32,000 bases of DNA, taken from Pyrodictium abyssi (GTDB lineage: Archaea; Thermoproteota; Thermoprotei_A; Sulfolobales; Pyrodictiaceae). The translations under genes and the position numbers were made by a program. Below the pieces are notes generated by a model. The model saw only the letters and a program-made list of their open reading frames with translations, did not search any database and was not told the DNA's origin. Shown one piece after another: positions 8,933 through 18,900 of the stretch (position 1 is its first letter; the number at the start of each line of letters is the position of its first letter). The stretch is from NCBI RefSeq assembly GCF_036323395.1, contig NZ_AP028907.1, positions 1,140,001-1,172,000 of the forward strand. Reading direction: 5' to 3'.

Positions 8933-9862
8933 GTGGGTGTTCTGCGGCTGCGCGTGGTCCCGCTGCGGGACCTGGTGCTGCCGCCGGTTAGCAGTAAGCT
9001 TGTGAAGAGCCTGCTCGTCGGCCCCCGCGCCCCGGAGTGGCTCCGTGGGCTGGTGGAGGCTCGGCGGGGCTACAAGCCCCTGTTCGTCTCGATGCTGTAC
9101 CGTGGCCGTCGCCCCCTCTACTCGACCACCGAGTCGCCGGCGCCGCTCGCCGCGAGGGCTGGGGAGCAGCTGGGGGCCCGCGTCGCCTTCGTCGCCGGGG
9201 ACGCCTCCGCCGTCTGGGAGGCCGCGGCGGCGCTGAGCGGCCGCGCAGAGACCCCCTACGGGCCCGTCGAGGTCGTCGTCGAGGAGGCATCTGTGGCGGA
9301 GCCCGGGCAGCTCCGGCTCCCCAGCCCCGGCGGCTCGCCCACCGGCGTGCTACGGCTAGAAGCCCGGACCCCCGTGGTCCTCACCTCCAAGACGCTGGTC
9401 GCGTCGGAGCCCCCGCCGGGCGCAAGGGTCCCCAGGCTCCACCGCCTCCTACCAGCCCCGGGGCTAGTCGCGGCCTACGCGCTACGGCTCTGGAACCGAG
9501 CCCTAGGCCCCGGCCACGCCGTCTACTGGCGCGACGCGTGGAACCACGACGCAGCCCTCGTCGCCAGGGCGGCAGAGGTCTACATGGCGGAGCTAGACTA
9601 CAGGGTGCACCCCGAGACCGTGATAATAGGCCGAGGCGCCACCGGCCGGCTAAGACTAGCCCGGGGATGGCGAGGCTGGATAACATACCGCGTCGCAGGC
9701 CCCAGGCTAGCCCGCCTCCTAGACAGGCTCCTCGCCCTAACCAACACCCTCGGGCTCGGCCGAAGCCGCGGCATCGGGCTAGGAGACACACACGCACAAT
9801 GGATCCGACCAAAACAAACAGAACAGGTAAACCCACAGCCAAAAACAACCCAGAAACCATAA
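8933..9862 (+). CDS. cas6: Cas6 crRNA-processing endoribonuclease
   Basis: The C-terminal glycine-rich loop LGLGRSRGIGLGD and the N-terminal LRLRVVPL are typical of Cas6. A sample at 9301-9360 is 80% GC. The track start at 8855 lies in leader-derived GT-rich sequence, so the in-frame GTG at 8933 is preferred. The last ~24 codons are encoded by the leader of array 2. Confidence 0.8.
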   Translation: MGVLRLRVVPLRDLVLPPVSSKLVKSLLVGPRAPEWLRGLVEARRGYKPLFVSMLYRGRRPLYSTTESPAPLAARAGEQLGARVAFVAGDASAVWEAAAALSGRAETPYGPVEVVVEEASVAEPGQLRLPSPGGSPTGVLRLEARTPVVLTSKTLVASEPPPGARVPRLHRLLPAPGLVAAYALRLWNRALGPGHAVYWRDAWNHDAALVARAAEVYMAELDYRVHPETVIIGRGATGRLRLARGWRGWITYRVAGPRLARLLDRLLALTNTLGLGRSRGIGLGDTHAQWIRPKQTEQVNPQPKTTQKP

Positions 9863-10188
9863 CCACAGAGACACCAAACAACCAACACATAGCAAACAAC
9901 GATTATTACAACCCCTCGTCATGCCCGAATAGGAGCTTCTTATCCTTTGCCCTCGTCGCCTCGGGCACAGAGGGAAAACAATAAATAAGACCAGGCACAT
10001 GGAATCGGTTAGAAAAGCATTAGCCATGTAGGATAAACACCATCGATGGGACCATCACCGATGATCACACATTAGCCCGGGATAGCCCCGCCATAGACAG
10101 CCTAGAAACACCTTGCCGGAGCCAGCCATAAGGCAGAGAAAACAATAAATAACACAGAGAAGACAGCATATAGAGTGGACAAAATGCA
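9781..10188 (+). promoter_or_regulatory. CRISPR leader of array 2 (leader L2)
   Basis: It is an inverted copy of 8454-8882. For example, the 16-mer CAGAACAGGTAAACCC at 9819-9834 is the exact reverse complement of 8810-8825. The ATAAATAACA box is at 10145-10154 and the 30-nt core at 10038-10068. The A/C-rich tract at 9781-9900 has 15 G and 5 T in 120 nt. Confidence 0.8.
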
Positions 10189-11187
10189 GAATCATAACAA
10201 ATAGAACTGAAAGTGCAAGAGCTTCGAGTTGATTACTGCATAGCTCAGCTCCGGGGGGGAATCATAACAAATAGAACTGAAAGTCAACGTGCAGTCGCAA
10301 GTGCCTATAGACAGCATAAGCATATCCATAAGGAATCATAACAAATAGAACTGAAAGTCCATTGATAGAGAAATATGCGAGCGCACTTTTATGGCTATAT
10401 GAATCATAACAAATAGAACTGAAAGTGGCTCACTGTTTGGTATAACCAGAGCCCTTATCCTGGCAGGAATCATAACAAATAGAACTGAAAGCCACGAGAC
10501 TGTACGCATCTGTGATACGCATACCTATCTCACCGAATCATAACAAATAGAACTGAAAGACCAAGCCGTTCACCGAGCCCATCACCACTTCACCCTCCCC
10601 ATGTGAATCATAACAAATAGAACTGAAAGCGTCTGGGCGTTCCACATGTGGAAGAGGCTGACCCGCGGCAGGGAATCATAACAAATAGAACTGAAAGATA
10701 CCTTTTCGCCGGCCAGCCACTTCATCAGACTGGTGGGCAAGAGAATCATAACAAATAGAACTGAAAGTAGCAACTTCCTCGGTAAGGCCCACGCTCTGAA
10801 GCATGAAAAGGAATCATAACAAATAGAACTGAAAGTCCACGGTTAGCCAATGCTTGATGCCATCCTTGTGGCAGTCGTAGCGAATCATAACAAATAGAAC
10901 TGAAAGGGTAGCTCGCTTAGCCAGTATTGCAGGGCTCTAACATCGTACCCTAGAATCATAACAAATAGAACTGAAAGGCCAGTTTGCCGCAGTTGCCTTG
11001 GTCCTCAAAGACTATGGTGTGAATCATAACAAATAGAACTGAAAGACGTAGTATGTGCCAGCAGAGAGCCAGCCAGTGTCAAGCTCAAGTGTGAATCATA
11101 ACAAATAGAACTGAAAGCAAGAGAATATCGCGGCTGCTATGATGGAACTTGCAGCAGACGTAGAATTATAACAAATAGAACTGAAAA
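10189..11187 (+). CRISPR. CRISPR array 2: 15 repeats, 14 spacers (41-49 nt)
   Basis: The repeat is GAATCATAACAAATAGAACTGAAAG. Repeat starts are 10189, 10259, 10333, 10401, 10467, 10535, 10605, 10673, 10743, 10811, 10882, 10953, 11021, 11093 and 11163. The last repeat is degenerate (GAATTATAACAAATAGAACTGAAAA). The 3' end ACTGAAAG resembles the 8-nt crRNA 5' tag. Confidence 0.97.
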
Positions 11188-11296
11188 ACTATTTCTAAGT
11201 TCTTATCATACATCATAAGCATTGGTTAGATATAAACGAATTATAATACATGGAGAAAGTCTTATAGAATAGCCGGATAATTGCTGAAATGTGTTG

Positions 11297-11310
11297 TATA
11301 GATATAAAAA
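11297..11310 (+). promoter_or_regulatory. putative TATA box for the cmr operon
   Basis: TATAGATATAAAAA lies in an AT-rich gap about 80 nt upstream of the cmr4 GTG. The SD-like GGAGGGTGG at 11375-11383 immediately precedes the start. Confidence 0.4.
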
Positions 11311-11390
11311 CCTTGGGCATGAGATAGATGCGTAGGAGCTATCTGTCCTCTACTTGCACTAGGCTCCTAGCTGTGGAGGGTGGATAAACT

Positions 11391-12359
11391 GTGGTTAGCA
11401 ATGATAGTAGCCTTAGTACGAATAAGAATCTCCGTATTGTCATAGCCTCTGCTATTTCGAGTATTCATCCCGGAGCTGGGCGTAGCCCTGGTATAGTTGA
11501 TCTTCCAGTCATAAGGGATCCTATGGGGTACTTCTACATACCAGGTTCAGAGTTAAAGGGAGCATTAAAGACATCAGCTGCTATTAGGCATAAAGATGGC
11601 TGTATTAATGGTGATAAGATAAACTGTAAGGAGTGCCAACTTGTATGCTGTCTTCTAGGTGGAGAGGTTGGTGAGGGACATGAGGCTCCATCGCGGCTAA
11701 GTGTGGGTGATCTCTACCCGCTCCTTATACCAGTTCCCAGTCTAAGCCATGGTTTCCTCTATGCGACTAGTCCCCTCCTAATATCGAGAGCGAAAGCATT
11801 GATCAATGTTGCCTCGCAGGACAATATTGGAAAGCTCATAGAGTGGCTTGAGACAGGCGTTAAGGAGCTCGAATATGAGACCGATGTCGTTCTCATGGGT
11901 GCAGAAAATAGTGGACAACTTTACCTAACGTTAACAAGGGTGCAGCCAAAGAATGTTGCTGAGAAGCTTGAGAATGACGTTATTGACATACTCGAAAATA
12001 TTCACCCGGTGTATAGGCTTCATAACCTCAATGGTAACACGGTCATAGTTAGTGATGCTCTTCTCCCAATGATAATTGAAAGAGCGTTGATTCGCTTGAC
12101 ACGTGTAAGGCTAAGCCGTACAACAAAGACGGTTACAACGGGCTCTCTTTGGACGGAAGAATACATACCTCATATAACTCTCTTTGTAGGTTATATAGCT
12201 GACACTAAATATGAAGGCAAATACTGCGGGAATCGCGATATACAAGACGCTGTAAACGAATTGAAAAACATAATGGGCGCTTCGGACAACATTATCAACC
12301 TTGTTATTGGAGGAAAGGAGTCCATAGGCAAAGGACTCCTCCGCCTCTATATAGCATAA
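11391..12359 (+). CDS. cmr4: Cmr4 (type III-B backbone RAMP, target RNase subunit)
   Basis: 322 aa with IHPGAGRSPGIVDLPVIRDP..YIPGSELKGALK, SVGDLYPLLIPVPSLSHGFLYATSP and the C-terminal IGGKESIGKGLLRL. A Cys cluster CINGDKINCKECQLVCC is present. Confidence 0.85.
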   Translation: MVSNDSSLSTNKNLRIVIASAISSIHPGAGRSPGIVDLPVIRDPMGYFYIPGSELKGALKTSAAIRHKDGCINGDKINCKECQLVCCLLGGEVGEGHEAPSRLSVGDLYPLLIPVPSLSHGFLYATSPLLISRAKALINVASQDNIGKLIEWLETGVKELEYETDVVLMGAENSGQLYLTLTRVQPKNVAEKLENDVIDILENIHPVYRLHNLNGNTVIVSDALLPMIIERALIRLTRVRLSRTTKTVTTGSLWTEEYIPHITLFVGYIADTKYEGKYCGNRDIQDAVNELKNIMGASDNIINLVIGGKESIGKGLLRLYIA

Positions 12360-12377
12360 CACGGAGGGGTTTAGCCC

Positions 12378-12935
12378 GTGGATCTCGTTGACCCTGTGGC
12401 ACTTGCACTAACCCACATGACTCTATTAAGAAGGCTTCTGGATAGATGCAGAGAGACCCTTTGCAACAGTCAGGACGACAAGAGGAAACAAGAGTGCAGG
12501 AAGAATATGAATGGCGGTGCAATACAGAGAAGGGCGAAAGATCTTCCCTCGATGGTAGCATCTGCGGGCCTTATACCAGCTCTCACCTTTTACATGGCAA
12601 AGGCTAGTGAAGATAGATTCAAAGAATTCCTAGAACTACTAGGCAGCAGAGACATTGGTAAGATTAATTGTCAGCATATTCGTGAAGACTTAGAGGATGG
12701 AGAAGGTGCTGGTTATAGCCCGCTACTAGCTCTAGCTATAAAAGCATTGAGTGAGCATAACTACATAAACCATGTAGAAGACTATGTGGCACTTGCCCGC
12801 GAGCTTCAGAAGATGCGGGAAAGAGGTATAGAAGAACTTGCAGCCGAGCAAGTAGTCCTAGGGTACCTACTCGAAGTCAAGAAGCTAGCTGACGCCTTCT
12901 TCGGTAAAGAAAATATGCACCCTAGGGAGGCGTAA
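12378..12935 (+). CDS. cmr5: Cmr5 (type III-B small subunit)
   Basis: 185 aa and helical. It has the LPSMVASAGLIPALTFYMAKA motif and sits between cmr4 and cmr1. SD GGAGGGG lies upstream of the GTG start. Confidence 0.7.
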   Translation: MDLVDPVALALTHMTLLRRLLDRCRETLCNSQDDKRKQECRKNMNGGAIQRRAKDLPSMVASAGLIPALTFYMAKASEDRFKEFLELLGSRDIGKINCQHIREDLEDGEGAGYSPLLALAIKALSEHNYINHVEDYVALARELQKMRERGIEELAAEQVVLGYLLEVKKLADAFFGKENMHPREA

Positions 12936-12938
12936 GCC

Positions 12939-14792
12939 ATGCCATTGATTAGAGTAGACGAGCTGCTTGATGCAAACTCGCGCTCTAAAGCTAGGAGTGC
13001 AGGTATTCTGTTAAGCGCACAGCTAGTTAACTATACGCCGGTTATGCTAGGAGATTATGACACGTATCATTTTCGTGAAAGACCAGATGGTAAATATGAA
13101 CCTGTAGCTGGGCTTTACGCGCAAGCTATCCGGGGTAAAGCTCGCTGGCTAGCAAGAGTAGTGCTAGCAAGCCTGCATGGCTGTGATTTCAATAGCTACT
13201 ATGAAGTAGAGACACAATGTGCTAGGGTGCTGCTAAACCTCGGAGATAGCAAGCGCAAGGAAAAGGTGAATGCCGGCCTCATAGAACTCCTCTTTGGAAC
13301 TCTTTCCTCCACGCAGCTAAGCTCGCCGTTTGTACTATCGGTTAAAGTTGAGCGTCTTGGTGCAATGGGCTGGAAAAGTGGTAAGCGGTATGCATTGAAT
13401 CGCTATGAGAAACTACTAGTCATGGGAAGTGGACCGAGTAGGAGAGAAAAAGAAGAGAAGCTCAAGCCACATGAACCTGGCTCTGTTGTGCTTCGACTAG
13501 AGATACGTGAAGCACCTTATGCAAGTAGACTCTTAGGTGTTGCTAAACTTGGAGATAGACCTTTACGTGAACTATACTGGCGTCTTGCAGCCTTCTATGC
13601 TGGAATAGTCATTACTGTTCCTTTCCTTCTCGGCCTAGGTAAAGCCTCTACACGGGGCTTCGGCCGCTTCATGGTTGCAACGCATCATATACATAATGGG
13701 CTAAGATCTAAGTCCAGACTAAAGGAACTAATAGATAACATTAACAGTCTTTACAGCGCTAAAAGCAGCAGAGAAGCCACAAGACTACTGCATGAACTCA
13801 TTGACAAGCTAATTATACTGGCAGAGGAAGCTACTGGAATACAACGCGGTAAGCCAAGCATAGGTATGATACCGCGGCTCATAAACGCTATCAAACCTCC
13901 CAGCGAGATTCACCATGTAAGAGCCACTGTTGTCGAAACGAGGGCGTCTGACCCCCTTGACGCCTTAGAGTTCATAGCCGCAGCAGTCCTAAAGCACACG
14001 TGGAAACGGCATCAAAGGATTAGTGGTGTTAATTATCATACCTGGCCTCTAGGTCTTCCACGTGGGAGCGACATACCGTGTACATGCGCAAGCTCTATAC
14101 ATAATGAATCAAGACATGGATCTAGACCTAGACAACGCTACGGCTATATTGTTCTAGACGTTGCAACTGAATCCATGTATGAACTCGGGGAAAACAATTG
14201 TATGGCTAACAGTGAATGCATGAAGAAGTCAAGTGAATCTGTGCAAGAAATAGATGAACAAGCTGGTGTTGATACTCTAGTAGAGGCTAGGATCGACTTA
14301 GTGGTTAGAGTGAATGATAGCGTTGTGACGAGAAGAAGTAACGTCAAGGCTAAGGATGTCCGGCATATTTCTATGATTCATTTGTTTCCGTTACCTAATG
14401 CTATGGATGGTGTGCAGGGAACGCTTGTAGCAGTACTGCCATTTATGTCATTCAGTCTAAATCTTGGCCTAGACAGTGAAGCTCCCCATATTGAGGGTTA
14501 TAAGTTATTCCATGTTGGAGGCCATTTTGTTGTCGAGGATGGAAAGCCTAGACCATGCTGTAATGCTCATGTGATAGACGTAGGATATATAATGAACAAT
14601 ACAAACGTGTCATCTCCATCGACTGATAGTTGGAATCTAAACTGCGGATGCGGTAGCGACCCAGGCGGTATTGTGTGGCCCGATGATTCACGCCAAGGAG
14701 GCTATCTTGATGCACTTGTAGCTGCTTATGAATGGGTGATAAATTGTCTACAAAGACTTCGGGTCACTAGAGGGGGTTTAAGACTATACTGA
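12939..14792 (+). CDS. cmr1: Cmr1-like RAMP, enlarged (617 aa) with Cys-rich C-terminal insertion
   Basis: RAMP motifs are AQAIRGKARWLARVV, ELLFGTLSS, the G-rich loop GLGKASTRGFGRF, and HISMIHLFPL for a second RAMP core. Its position matches cmr1 in the cmr4-5-1-6-2-3 order. Confidence 0.7.
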   Translation: MPLIRVDELLDANSRSKARSAGILLSAQLVNYTPVMLGDYDTYHFRERPDGKYEPVAGLYAQAIRGKARWLARVVLASLHGCDFNSYYEVETQCARVLLNLGDSKRKEKVNAGLIELLFGTLSSTQLSSPFVLSVKVERLGAMGWKSGKRYALNRYEKLLVMGSGPSRREKEEKLKPHEPGSVVLRLEIREAPYASRLLGVAKLGDRPLRELYWRLAAFYAGIVITVPFLLGLGKASTRGFGRFMVATHHIHNGLRSKSRLKELIDNINSLYSAKSSREATRLLHELIDKLIILAEEATGIQRGKPSIGMIPRLINAIKPPSEIHHVRATVVETRASDPLDALEFIAAAVLKHTWKRHQRISGVNYHTWPLGLPRGSDIPCTCASSIHNESRHGSRPRQRYGYIVLDVATESMYELGENNCMANSECMKKSSESVQEIDEQAGVDTLVEARIDLVVRVNDSVVTRRSNVKAKDVRHISMIHLFPLPNAMDGVQGTLVAVLPFMSFSLNLGLDSEAPHIEGYKLFHVGGHFVVEDGKPRPCCNAHVIDVGYIMNNTNVSSPSTDSWNLNCGCGSDPGGIVWPDDSRQGGYLDALVAAYEWVINCLQRLRVTRGGLRLY

Positions 14793-14803
14793 GGTGTTAG
14801 GCT

Positions 14804-15820
14804 GTGGAGAGGCGGATTGATCTTAAAGCTGCTACTGTCTATATTGATAGGTTGCTGAATGGCCCGAGCAATAGTGAGAACAGTAAGAAGGCGAAAGAGG
14901 ATGCATTAAGCGTCCTAGTGGAATACGACGGGTCTAGCTATGCTGCGAAGTGGCTAAGGCTTGCACTCGAATTAGCTAATAAGGAGCTGCAGCTCTTGGA
15001 GGAAGGTTACAGCTCTGCTGGCTATGGTGTTGTATCGCTCCGGTATCAGCTGGTTACACCTGGTCTCGTGGGCGTAGGTGCTGGGCTCTTTAGATCGCTA
15101 TTTGAAGTTGGACTAAGTATCGACCCCGTTCTTGGACTTCCATACTATCCTGGCAGTGGTATAAAAGGCGCTGTCCGGGCAATTACCGAAACTGTGCTAG
15201 ATAGAAAGACCGCTGATCTTCTCTTCGGCTCAACGGGTGAGGAAGGCTCAGCTTCAGCTATTGTATTTAGCGACATGTACCCGATAGGCTGCACTAAGGA
15301 TAGGTGCAGTATTTTCCGTGGGCTTGTTGTAACACCCCATTACCACTATCAAGGAAAGCCAGTTGCTAACGAACTTGTAGCTATGCCAGTACCAGTACAG
15401 CATATAGGCATAGAGGAGGGCACTGTATTTGGGCTGGTTATAGCGATACATCCAATTCGTGCAAAACATGTAGTGGCTAGACTAAAATTGCTCGATTGTG
15501 AACCGGTACCAGAATCTTTGAGAGAACTTTGTAGTCTTATTAAGACTAGAGCCAGTAGCGTCAGTGACCCTATTCACTCAGTGGCGCTAACTTCGATACT
15601 TCTGCTTGACTCGGTATTAGCGTACGGCATAGCGTCTAGAAGCACTAAGGGCTATAACATATTCGAGCCTAGTAGCGGGCCTCATGCCGAGTTCACGCTA
15701 CTTGGCTATCGGTACAAATATCACCAAGGAAAACTGCAAAGGCAAAGATCATCTAGCATGCAACGAAGACACCGAAACGAGTATCCTCGCAGAAGGAACT
15801 TTAGGAGAAGGTATAGATAA
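14804..15820 (+). CDS. cmr6: Cmr6 RAMP subunit with Arg-rich C-terminal tail
   Basis: 338 aa with GLPYYPGSGIKGAVRA, LLFGSTGEEGSASAIVFSDMYP, VVTPHYHY and ASRSTKGYNIF. The tail reads KLQRQRSSSMQRRHRNEYPRRRNFRRRYR. Confidence 0.8.
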   Translation: MERRIDLKAATVYIDRLLNGPSNSENSKKAKEDALSVLVEYDGSSYAAKWLRLALELANKELQLLEEGYSSAGYGVVSLRYQLVTPGLVGVGAGLFRSLFEVGLSIDPVLGLPYYPGSGIKGAVRAITETVLDRKTADLLFGSTGEEGSASAIVFSDMYPIGCTKDRCSIFRGLVVTPHYHYQGKPVANELVAMPVPVQHIGIEEGTVFGLVIAIHPIRAKHVVARLKLLDCEPVPESLRELCSLIKTRASSVSDPIHSVALTSILLLDSVLAYGIASRSTKGYNIFEPSSGPHAEFTLLGYRYKYHQGKLQRQRSSSMQRRHRNEYPRRRNFRRRYR

Positions 15821-15906
15821 TGACGCTATCTATATCATCTTTTTATACTGTATTGGTGTTGGTTAGGGCGATCTTCATGCATAGTGGTCAATAATGTATT
15901 ATCTGT

Positions 15907-18900
15907 ATGCCGGGTGGGATCTTGGCTGGTACGAAGGATGTTGCAGCTCTAAAGCTTGCTGTATACCTACATGACCCGCCGTGGAAGCCTTGGGGGATTC
16001 GACGCTCTGGCTACGCCATTAGTGGATGCAGTAAGGAGTACGATGCATGTATAGCAGAGAAGTTTGCTAAGGAGTTCGCTTCAGCAGATTCTAAATCCGT
16101 CAAAGTATTGCTCGAGAAACTTGGGCTTAAAGAGTCGCTGGACAACAATCTTGCAGAGAAACTGGCTGCTGGACTCAGAGCAGCAGCTAAAGTGGCAGAG
16201 GATTGGGGCAAAAAGGATGTCGATGCAAAAGCTGGGAAGAGTCATGAGAGACAGTCATTGCTTCTGCTAAAGCTCTTAGAAGCTTTCCTTGGCGGTATAG
16301 AGCTGAAGGAATACATGAGCATAGCCAGAAAATCCTACAAGGCTCTGCTCGATGCTGTTACAGATTTGAAGGATAGATCTGCAGCGGCTATAAGACTTTC
16401 AGATAAGCTCGCTTCCTCGTTTGATAGAAACGTGCTCTCGGTGATCGACGAAAAAGCAGAGGACGTCAACGCACAAGTCTATCTCAATATCCTTAATCCG
16501 TATCTAGGTATGAGTATAAACCGTGAGATAGAGGTAGAGAAGATTATCGAGTACATGGCTGCATTATTGGTTACTGTAGGGCTGTTATTGAATAGAACTA
16601 CGGACTCCAGCCCATTGATGCTTTACAATATAGTCTATAGCTTTGTTGAGCCGTTGTGGTACATTATTGTTGGCTGGAGACCGCCAGTAGCTGATACACG
16701 AGTTCCCCATCATACAGTCTTTGATCATGCCTCTGCAGCTGCGATGGTATCAAATTGGTTCCTCGAGACTTGCGGGAGAGATTATGGGCCTGATGGTTGT
16801 CTGGCAATTGTAGATCTTGCTTCGGTGCAGCAGTGGATAGGGGAAGCTAGGAGGCTTCGCGATGCATGGGCGGCTTCGTGGCTTGCCAGCTGGCTTGCCT
16901 GGAAATCCATAGAGCCCTTTGTCGAGGAGCTTGGTCCTGACGTGCTCGTACAGCCGCCGGCAAGGCTACATCCATTCTATAGCTCTATGCTGCTGAGTAA
17001 GCTGGGTTGCGAGGATACTGAAAGTGATGCCATTTGTCGCTGGGCTGCAGAAGCATTGGGCCTACGCTACGGTTGGCCTCTAGATCCCACTGTGCCGAGC
17101 CGTGTGCTCATAGCATTGCCGCATAGTATATGTAGCAGACTGGAAGAGGTAATTGAAAAAGCCTATCAACAAGCATGGAGAGAGCTTGTGAAGGGGCTTG
17201 CCGAGTATGTTGCCGCGGCAGCGGAGGCGGCAAAGCTGACTAGCATAGTGGATGATAACTTCTGTAGTAGGCTTAGAAACGGCGTTGAACAAACGGCTCC
17301 AGAGGAGGCATGGAAGAGGCTTCTATGCTTCCTACGTAAAGTAAACACTAAGGAGTTGAAGGAACTGCTTACCGAGCTAGAGCCACCTCTGCCTTTAAGA
17401 ATAGAAATACGCTGTATAAATGAGGCAAAAAGAAAACTCTCAAAAATCCTTAATATCAATTGTGATAAAGAAGAGAAACATGGTCGTTGTGTGCCTGCCG
17501 GTCTAGTCCCATATAGAGAGCTAGAGTCTCTCCTTCTATATCAAGTGCTTAGTGATGGCAGGCTCTGGCAGGATACGCAAACTGGGCTACGGTCAACAGG
17601 AAGAAGAAGCGGGCAGGGCTACTTCAACTATGCAAAAAAGCTTCACGGGGAGAAAGCATTTCTCAACTGCCATGTATGTGGCATAGCGGCCGCTATAGTT
17701 GATGGTGAAATGCTCAATAAGATACTAAAGGAGAAAGAAACACGTCAAGCTCGTAAGGAGGTACTTGACAAGATACATAGGTTGGCGAGCAACCTGCATG
17801 GCGAAAGGCTCTGCCCATATTGTCTCGCTAAACGAGTGCTTAGAGACATGCTGTACCGCGACAATCTGGCAAAGACATTAACAGGATTATCGCTGCCTGG
17901 CAAAGTCTATGAGCGTCTAGGTAGGGTTACAGTTGATGCGTACACGGCTAGAACAAGGCTGGCTAGGAGCAAGCTCGTAGAAGCCATAGAGAGAATAGTA
18001 GGTGATCCAAGTCTTGTGCTCGGCGTTATAGCTGTTGCTAGACTTGGCTTGACGGCGCCAAATAAGTTCCTTGAAAAGGATGAGGAAGAAAACATCCTTA
18101 AGAGGATTATGGTTACTCTGGATAAGATCGGCGAAGAAGAGATATCAAAATACTATGCTGGTACAAGGCGTAAAAATGTTGCAAAGGAAATAGCCGTCTA
18201 TGCGCAGGCAGTGGTTCTTGAAGCCGTACACAACTATGCGTTCATCGACAAGAAGATAGCAGAAATCAGTGAACCCCTTGCGGATTTCCTCAAGAAACTT
18301 GCAAATGATAGTGCAGTGAGGAGCGTGAGGCGCCGGTACGCTATAGTGGCCAGTGATGGCGACAGGATGGGGAGCGGGATACTCTCTGGTTACCTCGGAT
18401 TTAGACCAGATAGCTACGCTGAGAAAGTCCTTATGGTGAAAGATAAGACGAAGACTGCTAGCATCTATAGAATGCTTGTTGCAGGCTATGAACAAGCCGT
18501 TGCGCTACTCACAAACTCTGAGCCAAATGAGAGGACGGTTATAGTCACACCAAGCTACCACTTCTCGGTAAGTCGTGCACTCGCTGCACAGGCAGTAATG
18601 GATCGCGATATAGTAGAGGGGCTTGGAGGCTTCTTTCTCTACAGCGGTGGTGACGATGCCATTGCGATACTGCCCCCGGCTGATTACAGTAAGTCATACA
18701 TTGCATACCCGGCACTGGCTGCCGCTTATGCTATGAGGAGAAGCTACTGGGGTGTCGGATTACCGCTTTGCAGAGACGAGAAAGACCGTTACTATAGGCA
18801 TGCCCTCATGTTGGAGGAAACTCAGAATACGCTTGCTTCAGAGCTATCAAGGGCCTGGATAGGCTTTACATTTGTGCCTATGCCTGGCAGAGATCCTAGG

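Noticed and set aside
8988-9984. ORFs 8988..9290(-), 9037..9984(+), 9045..9236(+) and 9381..9899(-) overlapping cas6
   Set aside because: Their composition is extremely R/P/G/A-rich. They are alternative frames of the very GC-rich cas6 gene.
8722-10027. ORFs within or across the leaders flanking cas6 (8722..8991, 8808..9005, 9598..9888, 9779..10027) and the 8855 start of the cas6 ORF
   Set aside because: They translate the G/T-rich or A/C-rich leader tracts into Cys/Val/Leu/Trp-rich low-complexity peptides, and they are mirrored in the other leader copies. 22745..22972, 26087..26287 and 26157..26393 lie in leaders 3 and 4 and are rejected for the same reason.
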